From a virus (lineage: Duplodnaviria > Heunggongvirae > Uroviricota > Caudoviricetes): a stretch of 21,640 nucleotides of DNA. Every line of letters begins with the position of its first letter. Positions within the stretch are counted from its first letter, which is position 1. The notes under the pieces are model-generated. The model saw nothing but the letters and a program-made list of their open reading frames with translations, was not told where the DNA came from and searched no databases. Position numbers and translations under genes: made by a program. The DNA is taken from positions 1 to 21,640 of the IMG/VR virus record IMGVR_UViG_2671180903_000016. One strand, written 5' to 3'. Shown here in pieces: positions 8,560 to 15,875 of the stretch.

Positions 8560-8592
8560 GAGGCAAAGAAAACCCGGCGCTGAGGCCGGGTT
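8560..8592 (-). terminator. Rho-independent terminator ending the cI-cassette operon
   Basis: Minus strand: AACCCGGC-ctcagc-GCCGGGTT followed by TTCTTTG, directly after the stop of the 206-aa gene. Confidence 0.6.
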
Positions 8593-8598
8593 AATGCG

Positions 8599-9219
8599 TT
8601 AATGCTGGGGAGTGATTTTTTTGTTGTCTGTTGGCTGGGTATTTTGTGGCGGCGCTTGCAAAGTGGAAGGCTGTTGCAAAGGTGCGTGGTCTGACTTTAA
8701 AGCTGATACCAGCCCGGGAATCGCAACTATTACAGCGATAATGACACTAAAAATGGCTAATCGTATAGAAATACCCGACTGAACACCACTAATTGCGGTA
8801 TTAACCCCTGTTATTTGTCCTTGAATTCCTTCGAATCTCCCATTAATTGCTTTTATATCGCCAGCAGCGCTATCCATCTTTCCATCGATCTTGGACGATA
8901 GAGAGCTTATGGCTGCATTAAGTGATGCAAATTGGACATTAACGCTTTCACGAGATAGAGCCATGTCAGCCCTAATGGAAGAAGCAATAGACTCCATCTC
9001 TGCTTTATTAGCAGCTAAGCGAGCATCAAGTTCCTCTCTGCTGATCGTTCCCACTTCTTCCTCCGTTTGTGGCGGTTTTATGTAATTATTTTGCACCTTG
9101 GTGGGAGAATTATCAAATTCAGCCTCAAAATCGGAACCGCCAACAACCTTCAACCTCCGGCTTTCAGATATGTTGGTGTCTTGCTTTCCATGATTATTTA
9201 AATTACTGTCGTCACTCAT
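8599..9219 (-). CDS. Hypothetical membrane-anchored protein (206 aa); cassette gene C
   Basis: ATGA overlap with the upstream gene; N-terminal polar region, central helical region with heptad-like spacing, one hydrophobic segment (IRLAIFSVIIAVIVAIPGLVSAL) and a Pro/Gln-rich tail. Confidence 0.7.
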   Translation of the reverse strand: MSDDSNLNNHGKQDTNISESRRLKVVGGSDFEAEFDNSPTKVQNNYIKPPQTEEEVGTISREELDARLAANKAEMESIASSIRADMALSRESVNVQFASLNAAISSLSSKIDGKMDSAAGDIKAINGRFEGIQGQITGVNTAISGVQSGISIRLAIFSVIIAVIVAIPGLVSALKSDHAPLQQPSTLQAPPQNTQPTDNKKITPQH

Positions 9220-9650
9220 AATAGCTCTACGGTGAAAAATGATTCATTTTTATGAAGTTCATTTTTAGGGTCTTCATTATCTTGCAATATCCCTATAACA
9301 CTATACAGCCCTTTAGCTGGGACCCTAATTTCTTTCAATGTTACTATTACCTGTCCGCCAACCCCTGTTTCAAAATGGCTATCTTTCGTATCGATGAAAA
9401 GTGAAACTGATTCCGAAGAGCCGTCAGGGAATTGAATTTCCTCACCTTTTTTTATAATTAGGTGCGCGGGGATTACCATAATACCCAAATTATATCTTGA
9501 ATTTGGTTTCAACCCGATCATACCAACCCTGAAATCAATTGATAGCCGCGCAGGAAATTCATTGCATGTAAAATTAAGCGTCGGTTGGTTGGGTTCTTCG
9601 CTGCTATCAAATGGGGTTATAAAAGATATTCTTTCTAAATTAAGTGCCAT
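9216..9650 (-). CDS. Hypothetical protein (144 aa from the ATG at 9650; track ORF extends to 9704); cassette gene B
   Basis: Strong RBS GCAGGAGAATTT before the ATG at 9650; the stop overlaps the gene C start; no recognisable motif. Confidence 0.65.
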   Translation of the reverse strand: MALNLERISFITPFDSSEEPNQPTLNFTCNEFPARLSIDFRVGMIGLKPNSRYNLGIMVIPAHLIIKKGEEIQFPDGSSESVSLFIDTKDSHFETGVGGQVIVTLKEIRVPAKGLYSVIGILQDNEDPKNELHKNESFFTVELL

Positions 9651-9720
9651 AAATTCTCCTGCATCGCTGTATGCTCTACGAGCATCTCTGCGATCATCCA
9701 TCATCCAAACGTCTCTTCAC

Positions 9721-10062
9721 TCATCCGAAGAAGCAGCAATCCGGGTCAGCACGCACAAGCTCAAGCGCATCAGTCAGCGAAAGTTCAGTACTGTACTGAT
9801 GCCATTTCATATCCTTCCGCATCCAATAGATTTTCCATCTATCCAGAGAACGTATGTACTTGATTCTTGCTGATGGCAGGATGTTTGTTTCACCTGGGTT
9901 GCCCTGCCACACGGGGCGCTGTTCGCCGATATCTATCGTTTGGTCATTGATGCTATAAACAATATCCAGTTCATTGCGGATATGTTCAGGCGGCCTTATG
10001 CTTTCAATGAATTGGTGAACTTCTTTTTTGACCGCTTGATATTCAAGGTCAGTGAACGCCAT
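9721..10062 (-). CDS. Hypothetical protein (113 aa); cassette gene A, immediately downstream of cI
   Basis: Strong RBS GAGGAGG 5 nt before the ATG; same strand as cI, 60 nt after its stop; family not confidently recognised. Confidence 0.7.
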   Translation of the reverse strand: MAFTDLEYQAVKKEVHQFIESIRPPEHIRNELDIVYSINDQTIDIGEQRPVWQGNPGETNILPSARIKYIRSLDRWKIYWMRKDMKWHQYSTELSLTDALELVRADPDCCFFG

Positions 10063-10122
10063 CTATCCTCCTCACCCAAACGTTTCTTCTGGCCACTGGT
10101 TACCAGCTATGTGACGATGAAG

Positions 10123-10827
10123 TCACGAACTTTTCAGCCACTCCCTTGCCTCGATGTCATCCAGATGGCGAGATTGCTTCAGAATACCAGCTACATACTC
10201 CACCTTTGCTACTTGATGATAAGGCAACGTTATAGGCCTGTGATCCTGGTTAATGCTTGTAAATTGGTATTCTCCATCTCTGTCATAGCCAAGAACCTTA
10301 ATCATGTTGTGTCCTTCAACGGTTCTGACAAACACCTCGTCACCCGGGAATACTTTGGTGTTAGGCTCAATGAGTACATATTCTCCTGATTTTATTCTGG
10401 GCCACATGCTGTCTCCTTTCACACGAAGACCAAAGGCATCTGGATCATCGCTATAAATTTTGAGCCACCCATCGCGCTCTTCGGTCATCTCGATGGCACC
10501 ATCAACACCAAGAATTGCCTCACCAACCACGCGCACTAACCCTTTTCTTACCTGACCGACAAAAGTTAAAGAATCTGAGCATGATGCAATTGGTGTTACA
10601 TCATGTACCAAATCAAGCCACCCATTAGGTAACCCAAGCGCGGCTTCAAATTTTCTTGCTAGTTTATCCCCTATGTTTCGAGTGCTTTTTTCACCGGAGA
10701 CTTGCGTGAGTTGAGAAGGGCTAACCCCAAGCTTATCGGCAAAGCTTGCATTAGTGTTACCCGCGATTTTTTTATGCTCATCTAGCAAAAACGCCAGATT
10801 CGATTTGCGAATATCTTTGTTTTCCAT
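10123..10827 (-). CDS. cI: CI-type prophage repressor (HTH N-terminus, LexA/S24-like C-terminus), 234 aa
   Basis: N-terminal HTH region and a C-terminal GDSMWP motif with a downstream Lys, typical of autocleaving S24 repressors; divergent from the cro-like gene across an operator-rich gap. Confidence 0.85.
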   Translation of the reverse strand: MENKDIRKSNLAFLLDEHKKIAGNTNASFADKLGVSPSQLTQVSGEKSTRNIGDKLARKFEAALGLPNGWLDLVHDVTPIASCSDSLTFVGQVRKGLVRVVGEAILGVDGAIEMTEERDGWLKIYSDDPDAFGLRVKGDSMWPRIKSGEYVLIEPNTKVFPGDEVFVRTVEGHNMIKVLGYDRDGEYQFTSINQDHRPITLPYHQVAKVEYVAGILKQSRHLDDIEAREWLKSS

Positions 10828-10940
10828 CTCACAATTTTCCCTCTATTTAGCAAATGGATAAATACGCAATATGATAAATTTACATTGCGGATGATTTATC
10901 AAAATGGTAAAGTTGTTCTGTGTGATAAACGGAGGCACTA
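10828..10940. promoter_or_regulatory. oR/pRM/pR divergent control region
   Basis: 113-bp gap between divergent cI and cro with repeated TGATAAAT-like half-sites (10853-10863, 10871-10880, inverted at 10894-10901, 10921-10930). Confidence 0.6.
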
Positions 10941-11174
10941 ATGAGTAATGAACTACTACGCTGGCGAAAAGAGGCTTCTAGTGAGGAATGGAAGCGACTC
11001 GCCGCATTAGCGAAAACTTCAGTTGGCTATCTTGACCAGATTGCATATGGATTTCGAAGAGCTTCCCCTGATAAAGCGAATGCAATCGAAGAAGCTACTC
11101 GTAATTTCACGGGTTATAAACCTGTGAAAAAGGAAAACCTAGTGTTCGTATCGCGTAGAGCATCGGCTGCATAA
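10941..11174 (+). CDS. cro: Cro-like HTH regulator (77 aa)
   Basis: First rightward gene divergent from cI; GGAGG RBS; small protein with a likely HTH. Confidence 0.7.
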   Translation: MSNELLRWRKEASSEEWKRLAALAKTSVGYLDQIAYGFRRASPDKANAIEEATRNFTGYKPVKKENLVFVSRRASAA

Positions 11175-11181
11175 GTAACAC

Positions 11182-11227
11182 CGCTCTTTTCACAATGGAC
11201 ATTCGTCCTACGTCGCTGACAAAGCGA
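11182..11227 (+). promoter_or_regulatory. nutR-like site: boxA (CGCTCTTTTCACA) plus boxB hairpin (TCGCT-GACAA-AGCGA)
   Basis: boxA-like CGCTCTT motif 8 nt after the cro stop, then a 5-bp stem/5-nt loop hairpin at 11213-11227. Confidence 0.55.
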
Positions 11228-11312
11228 GTCCCAATATATCTGACCAACTAAGGCCATATGCGTTTCCACGCATACCTTTCAACTAGCTATTCACTATTGG
11301 AAATCTTAAGAA

Positions 11313-11609
11313 ATGGAACAAACAAGTTACAGCAAACTATCACAGCGAGAAATTGATCGCGCTGAAACTGATTTACTCATCAACCTGTCAACGCTTACCC
11401 AGCGCGGTCTGGCAAAGATGATTGGCTGTCATGAATCGAAGATAAGCAGAACGGACTGGAGATTTATTGCTTCGGTCTTGTGTGCTTTCGGAATGGCATC
11501 AGACATCAGTCCGATTAGCAGGGCTTTTAAGTATGCGCTTGATGAAATCACAAAGAAAAAATCCCCGGTGGCCGCCGGGGACTCTAAGCAAATTGATATG
11601 CAATTCTGA
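11313..11609 (+). CDS. cII: CII-like transcriptional activator (98 aa)
   Basis: Position after cro/nutR; the C-terminus (KKKSPVAAGDSKQIDMQF) parallels the lambda CII C-terminus as recalled. Confidence 0.8.
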   Translation: MEQTSYSKLSQREIDRAETDLLINLSTLTQRGLAKMIGCHESKISRTDWRFIASVLCAFGMASDISPISRAFKYALDEITKKKSPVAAGDSKQIDMQF

Positions 11610-11641
11610 GGGAATTACTGGATCAATCCACAGGAGTCATT

Positions 11642-12580
11642 ATGACAAATACAGCAAAAATACTCAACTTCGGCAGAGGTAACTTTGCCGAACAGGAGCG
11701 TAATGTGGCAGATCTCGATGATGGTTACGCCAGACTATCAAATATGCTGATTGAGGCTTATTCAGGCGCAGATCTGACCAAGCGACAGTTTAAAGTGCTG
11801 CTTGCCATTCTGCGTAAAACCTATGGGTGGAATAAACCAATGGACAGAATCACCGATTCTCAACTTAGCGAGATTACAAAGTTACCTGTCAAACGGTGCA
11901 ATGAAGCCAAGTTAGAACTCGTCAGAATGAATATTATCAAGCAGCAAGGCGGCATGTTTGGACCAAATAAAAACATCTCAGAATGGTGCATCCCTCAAAA
12001 CGAGGGAGGTTCCCCTAAAATGAGGGACATCCCTCAAAACGAGGGAAAATCCCCTAAAACGAGGGATAAAACATCCCTCAAATTAGGGGATTGCTATCCC
12101 TCAAAACAGGGGGACACAAAAGACACTATTACAAAAGAAAAAAGAAAAGATTATTCGTCCGAGAATTCTGGCGAATCCTCTGACCAGCCAGAAAACGATC
12201 TTTCTGTGGTTAAACCGGATGCTGCAATTCAGAGCGGCAGCAAGTGGGGAACAGCAGAAGACCTGACCGCCGCAGAGTGGATGTTTGACATGGTGAAGAC
12301 CATCGCACCATCAGCCAGAAAACCGAATTTTGCAGGGTGGGCTAACGATATCCGCCTGATGCGTGAACGTGACGGACGTAACCACCGCGACATGTGCGTG
12401 CTGTTCCGCTGGGCATGCCAGGACAACTTCTGGTCCGGTAACGTGCTAAGTCCGGCCAAACTCCGCGACAAGTGGACCCAACTCGAAATCAACCGTAACA
12501 AGCAACAGGCTGGCGTGACAGCTGGAAAACCAAAACTCGACCTGACAAACACTGACTGGATTTACGGGGTGGATTTATGA
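11642..12580 (+). CDS. O: Replication initiator O (312 aa)
   Basis: Near-identical to lambda O at both termini as recalled; iterons lie inside the gene; AGGAG RBS. Confidence 0.95.
   Translation: MTNTAKILNFGRGNFAEQERNVADLDDGYARLSNMLIEAYSGADLTKRQFKVLLAILRKTYGWNKPMDRITDSQLSEITKLPVKRCNEAKLELVRMNIIKQQGGMFGPNKNISEWCIPQNEGGSPKMRDIPQNEGKSPKTRDKTSLKLGDCYPSKQGDTKDTITKEKRKDYSSENSGESSDQPENDLSVVKPDAAIQSGSKWGTAEDLTAAEWMFDMVKTIAPSARKPNFAGWANDIRLMRERDGRNHRDMCVLFRWACQDNFWSGNVLSPAKLRDKWTQLEINRNKQQAGVTAGKPKLDLTNTDWIYGVDL
11991..12114 (+). repeat. Replication origin iterons (six roughly 18-bp dyad repeats TCCCTCAAAACGAGGGA-like), followed by an AT-rich stretch to about 12160
   Basis: Repeat starts at 11991, 12011, 12030, 12050, 12074 and 12097, each with an internal inverted repeat (TCCC...GGGA). 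Confidence 0.85.
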
Positions 12581-13278
12581 AAAACATCGCCGCACAGATG
12601 GTTAACTTTGACCGTGAGCAGATGCGTCGGATCGCCAACAACATGCCGGAACAGTACGACGAAAAGCCGCAGGTACAACAGGTAGCGCAGATCATCAACG
12701 GTGTGTTCAGCCAGTTACTGGCAACTTTCCCGGCGAGTCTGGCTAACCGGGACCAGAACGAACTGAATGAAATCCGCCGCCAGTGGGTTCTGGCTTTCCG
12801 GGAAAACGGGATCACCACAATGGAACAGGTTAACGCAGGAATGCGCGTAGCCCGTCGGCAGAATCGACCATTTCTGCCATCACCCGGGCAGTTTGTTGCA
12901 TGGTGCCGGGAAGAAGCATCCGTTATCGCCGGACTGCCAAACGTCAGCGAGCTGGTTGATATGGTTTACGAGTATTGCCGGAAGCGAGGCCTGTATCCGG
13001 ATGCGGAGTCTTATCCGTGGAAATCAAACGCGCACTACTGGCTGGTTACCAACCTGTATCAGAACATGCGGGCCAATGCGCTTACTGATGCGGAATTACG
13101 CCGTAAGGCCGCAGATGAGCTTGTCCATATGACTGCGAGAATTAACCGTGGTGAGACTATACCTGAACCAGTAAAACAACTTCCTGTCATGGGCGGCAGA
13201 CCTCTAAATCGTGTTCAGGCGCTGGCGAAGATCGCAGAAATTAAAGCTAAGTTCGGACTGAAAGGAGCAAGTGTATGA
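12577..13278 (+). CDS. P: Replication protein P (DnaB helicase loader), 233 aa
   Basis: Near-identical to lambda P as recalled; ATGA overlap with O. Confidence 0.95.
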   Translation: MKNIAAQMVNFDREQMRRIANNMPEQYDEKPQVQQVAQIINGVFSQLLATFPASLANRDQNELNEIRRQWVLAFRENGITTMEQVNAGMRVARRQNRPFLPSPGQFVAWCREEASVIAGLPNVSELVDMVYEYCRKRGLYPDAESYPWKSNAHYWLVTNLYQNMRANALTDAELRRKAADELVHMTARINRGETIPEPVKQLPVMGGRPLNRVQALAKIAEIKAKFGLKGASV

Positions 13279-13565
13279 CGGGCAAAGAGGCAATTATTCA
13301 TTACCTGGGGACGCATAATAGCTTCTGTGCGCCGGACGTTGCCGCGCTAACAGGCGCAACAGTAACCAGCATAAATCAGGCCGCAGCTAAAATGGCACGG
13401 GCAGGTCTTCTGGTTATCGAAGGTAAGGTCTGGCGAACGGTGTATTACCGGTTTGCTACCAGGGAAGAACGGGAAGGAAAGGTGAGCACGAACCTGATTT
13501 TTAAGGAGTGTCGCCAGAGTGCCGCGATGAAACGGGTATTGGCGGTATATGGAGTTAAAAGATGA
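13275..13565 (+). CDS. ren: Ren (96 aa)
   Basis: Matches lambda Ren as recalled (MTGKEAIIHYLGTHNSFCAPDVAALTGATVTSINQAAAKMARAG...); ATGA overlap with P. Confidence 0.9.
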   Translation: MTGKEAIIHYLGTHNSFCAPDVAALTGATVTSINQAAAKMARAGLLVIEGKVWRTVYYRFATREEREGKVSTNLIFKECRQSAAMKRVLAVYGVKR

Positions 13566-13590
13566 CCATCTACATCACTGAGCTAATGAC

Positions 13591-13622
13591 AGGCCTGCTG
13601 GTAATCGCAGGCCTTTTTATTT
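13591..13622 (+). terminator. Rho-independent terminator (tR2-like) after ren
   Basis: AGGCCTGC-tggtaatc-GCAGGCCT followed by TTTTTATTT. Confidence 0.65.
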
Positions 13623-13635
13623 GGGGGAGAGGGAA

Positions 13636-13914
13636 GTGAACGATAGCTACCGACAGTTTGAAAACTGGTGGTCAAAAGACAAAAGCCAGTTCACGGGAGA
13701 CGATGAATTAAAAGAGTTTGCCTGGGTGATATGGCAGGCATCGCGCTCTGCTATTGAACTGGATATCGACTGGCCCGAATCGAATGACGACCTTTGGAAA
13801 GATGGTGAAGAAGGTGCTTATGCGATGGGTTATGAGGATGGGCGTGACAAAACGGTAATTGCAGTAATGAAAGCCATCAGGGCCGCAGGAATCAAAGAAA
13901 AGAATTTCGATTAA
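13636..13914 (+). CDS. Hypothetical nin-region protein (about 92 aa; GTG start at 13636 or TTG at 13621)
   Basis: ORF preceded by GGGGGAGAGGGAA; no in-frame ATG near the 5' end; acidic, Trp-rich product. Confidence 0.45.
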   Translation: MNDSYRQFENWWSKDKSQFTGDDELKEFAWVIWQASRSAIELDIDWPESNDDLWKDGEEGAYAMGYEDGRDKTVIAVMKAIRAAGIKEKNFD

Positions 13915-14046
13915 GCAAATATCACTTCAATAAATCGCTTTTAAGGCATCACAATCGCTCTGTGGTGAGGTAAGCACGTGCAAGGCATGCCGATAAGCAG
14001 CGAGAATGAAAAATGCGTCAGAATGCGTTTGAGGAGGTTTTAAGAA

Positions 14047-14262
14047 ATGAGTACGATAGCTGAGCTTGTCAGGGCTAATTTTCGTGAAGAGTTGGTGCGT
14101 TGGTATCGGTATCGTTCATCGTCCAGTTTGCCGCTTGATGAGTTGTATGAGCATTCACCTGCCGCACGACGCTATCCGCGTGACCGTGTTCTTCGACGGT
14201 TGTTCAAACTCAACAATGAGTTTCAGCGCAACAGAATTATCCGGAGTCTGGATTTTAAGTGA
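14047..14262 (+). CDS. Hypothetical nin-region protein (71 aa)
   Basis: ATG preceded by GAGGAGG RBS; Arg-rich small protein. Confidence 0.5.
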   Translation: MSTIAELVRANFREELVRWYRYRSSSSLPLDELYEHSPAARRYPRDRVLRRLFKLNNEFQRNRIIRSLDFK

Positions 14263-14272
14263 AGGAGTGAGC

Positions 14273-14443
14273 ATGAGCGACCTATCATTAACCCAGCCAA
14301 AGCTAAAAGAATGTCCGTTTTGCGGCGGTAATGCTCGTCTGTGGGTTGAGGCCGGAATAAATATTGATGTGTGGGGCTATGCAGAATGTGACCTCTGTGA
14401 AGCCAGGGGGGGCATGGGCACCATCAGTTGCTGCGGCGGCTGA
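14273..14443 (+). CDS. Lar-family restriction-alleviation-like protein, apparently frameshifted (56 aa in frame)
   Basis: AAGGAG RBS; CPFCGG...C..C motif in the N-terminus; the family's expected AAxxWNRRA C-terminus is encoded in the next frame (14427-14510), downstream of a G7 tract at 14406-14412. Confidence 0.5.
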   Translation: MSDLSLTQPKLKECPFCGGNARLWVEAGINIDVWGYAECDLCEARGGMGTISCCGG

Positions 14444-14466
14444 AAAATGGAACCGGAGAGCAGGAG

Positions 14467-14913
14467 ATGAAGCAAACCTTTCTGCTTCGCAACGAAGCAA
14501 TCAGAAATAACGCCATAGACGCCATTCTCTCACTACCCATCGACGACAAGTCACCCCACGAAGTCCACGTTAAAGAACCCAAGCGCAGCAAAGCGCAGAA
14601 TGACCGCATGTGGCCGATGCTGAACGATGTTTCGCGTCAGGTGCTATGGCATGGTCAACGGCTGGCGCCGGAAGACTGGAAAGACCTGTTCACTGCCCTG
14701 TGGCTTAAGACCAAAAAACTGGAGCAACGAAGTGTGCCTGGTATCGACGGTGGCGTTGTCATGCTTGGCGTGCGTACCAGCAAAATGCGGAAGGCCAGCA
14801 TGACTGAGCTTATCGAAATCATGTTCTGGTTCGGCTCAGAGCGCAACGTGCGGTGGAGTGATGACTCTTGGCGAGAGTATGAATGGTCACAACGAAAAGG
14901 GAGAGCTGCATGA
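14467..14913 (+). CDS. ninB: NinB (Orf) recombination mediator (148 aa)
   Basis: GGAGAGCAGGAG RBS before the ATG at 14467; the central and C-terminal region aligns with lambda NinB as recalled (...LNDVSRQVLWHGQRL...). The track ORF starts 13 codons upstream. Confidence 0.85.
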   Translation: MKQTFLLRNEAIRNNAIDAILSLPIDDKSPHEVHVKEPKRSKAQNDRMWPMLNDVSRQVLWHGQRLAPEDWKDLFTALWLKTKKLEQRSVPGIDGGVVMLGVRTSKMRKASMTELIEIMFWFGSERNVRWSDDSWREYEWSQRKGRAA

Positions 14914-15437
14914 CTATCAAATCAAATACGCCATCACACGACAAGGACTGCTGGCAAACGCCGCTTTGGCTTTTTGATGCACTGGATATTGAGTTTGGAT
15001 TCTGGCTGGATTCGGCAGCGAGCGACAAAAATGCTCTGTGCGCTCACTGGTTAACTGAGGCCGACGACGCGCTAAATTCTGAGTGGATAAGCCACGGTGC
15101 AATCTGGAATAACCCACCGTACAGCAATATCAGGCCGTGGGTGGAAAAAGCCGCTGAGCAGTGCATACAACAGCGACAGACGGTAGTGATGCTTGTGCCA
15201 GAGGATATGTCAGTCGGATGGTTCAGCAAGGCTCTGGAGAGTGTTGACGAAGTTCGCATCATCACTGATGGACGGATTAATTTTATCGAACCATCGACAG
15301 GGCTGGAGAAGAAGGGAAACAGCAAAGGCTCCATGCTGCTGATTTGGCGACCGTTCATCAGTCCTCGACGAATGTTTACTACTGTATCCAAAGCGGCATT
15401 GATGGCGATCGGGCAGGGCGTCAGGAGGGCGGCATGA
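14910..15437 (+). CDS. Phage Dam-like N6-adenine DNA methyltransferase (175 aa)
   Basis: NPPY motif (IWNNPPYS); ATGA overlap with ninB; size typical of phage orphan Dam-family methyltransferases. Confidence 0.8.
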   Translation: MTIKSNTPSHDKDCWQTPLWLFDALDIEFGFWLDSAASDKNALCAHWLTEADDALNSEWISHGAIWNNPPYSNIRPWVEKAAEQCIQQRQTVVMLVPEDMSVGWFSKALESVDEVRIITDGRINFIEPSTGLEKKGNSKGSMLLIWRPFISPRRMFTTVSKAALMAIGQGVRRAA

Positions 15438-15616
15438 GGCGACAGCAAAGAAGCATCACCGACATCATCTGCGAAAACTGCAAATACCTTCCAACGAAAC
15501 GCTCCAGAAATAAACGCAAGCCAATCCCAAAAGAATCTGACGTAAAAACCTTCAACTACACGGCTCATCTGTGGGATATCCGGTGGCTAAGACATCGTGC
15601 GAGGAAAACAAGGTGA
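15434..15616 (+). CDS. ninE: NinE (60 aa)
   Basis: [51 protein letters not shown]... matches lambda NinE as recalled; ATGA overlap with the methyltransferase gene. Confidence 0.85.
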   Translation: MRRQQRSITDIICENCKYLPTKRSRNKRKPIPKESDVKTFNYTAHLWDIRWLRHRARKTR

Positions 15617-15708
15617 TTGACGCGATGATTTATTCGGGGCTATATTCCTCACGCGCCAGCAAAATCTGGCGTCGGGATTAGCACCCCGGATGTTTACGGA
15701 GCGATATG

Positions 15709-15729
15709 AGACGCGCCCGCGTCTTTTTT
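15709..15729 (+). terminator. Terminator-like hairpin after ninE
   Basis: AGACGC-gccc-GCGTCT followed by TTTTTT. Confidence 0.5.
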
Positions 15730-15875
15730 CATATCGTTTGCACAGTCACATTCGCGATTTATGGCGGGCTGTGTGGGGGAGCTGAAAGGCTCGCCGGTTT
15801 CCGTACCCGGTAGTGCTAACCCCGCACAGTTCGCCACCATGATGATTAGCACCTGACGGTGGCGATAATGTCCAA

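Noticed and set aside
11991-12114. Possible CRISPR-like repeat array
   Set aside because: Repeats are about 18-bp dyads at about 20-bp spacing with no spacers, lie inside the O coding sequence and are followed by an AT-rich block; this is a lambdoid replication origin.
14066-14272. 5' portion of the 125-aa track ORF 14066..14443
   Set aside because: It begins at a TTG, fully overlaps the better-supported 14047..14262 ORF in another frame, and only the 3' part from the ATG at 14273 shows the Lar-like CPFCGG motif and an RBS.
15613-15680. ninF-like small ORF after ninE
   Set aside because: Only a 21-codon GTG-initiated frame with no resemblance to lambda NinF as recalled; treated as non-coding leader before the terminator.
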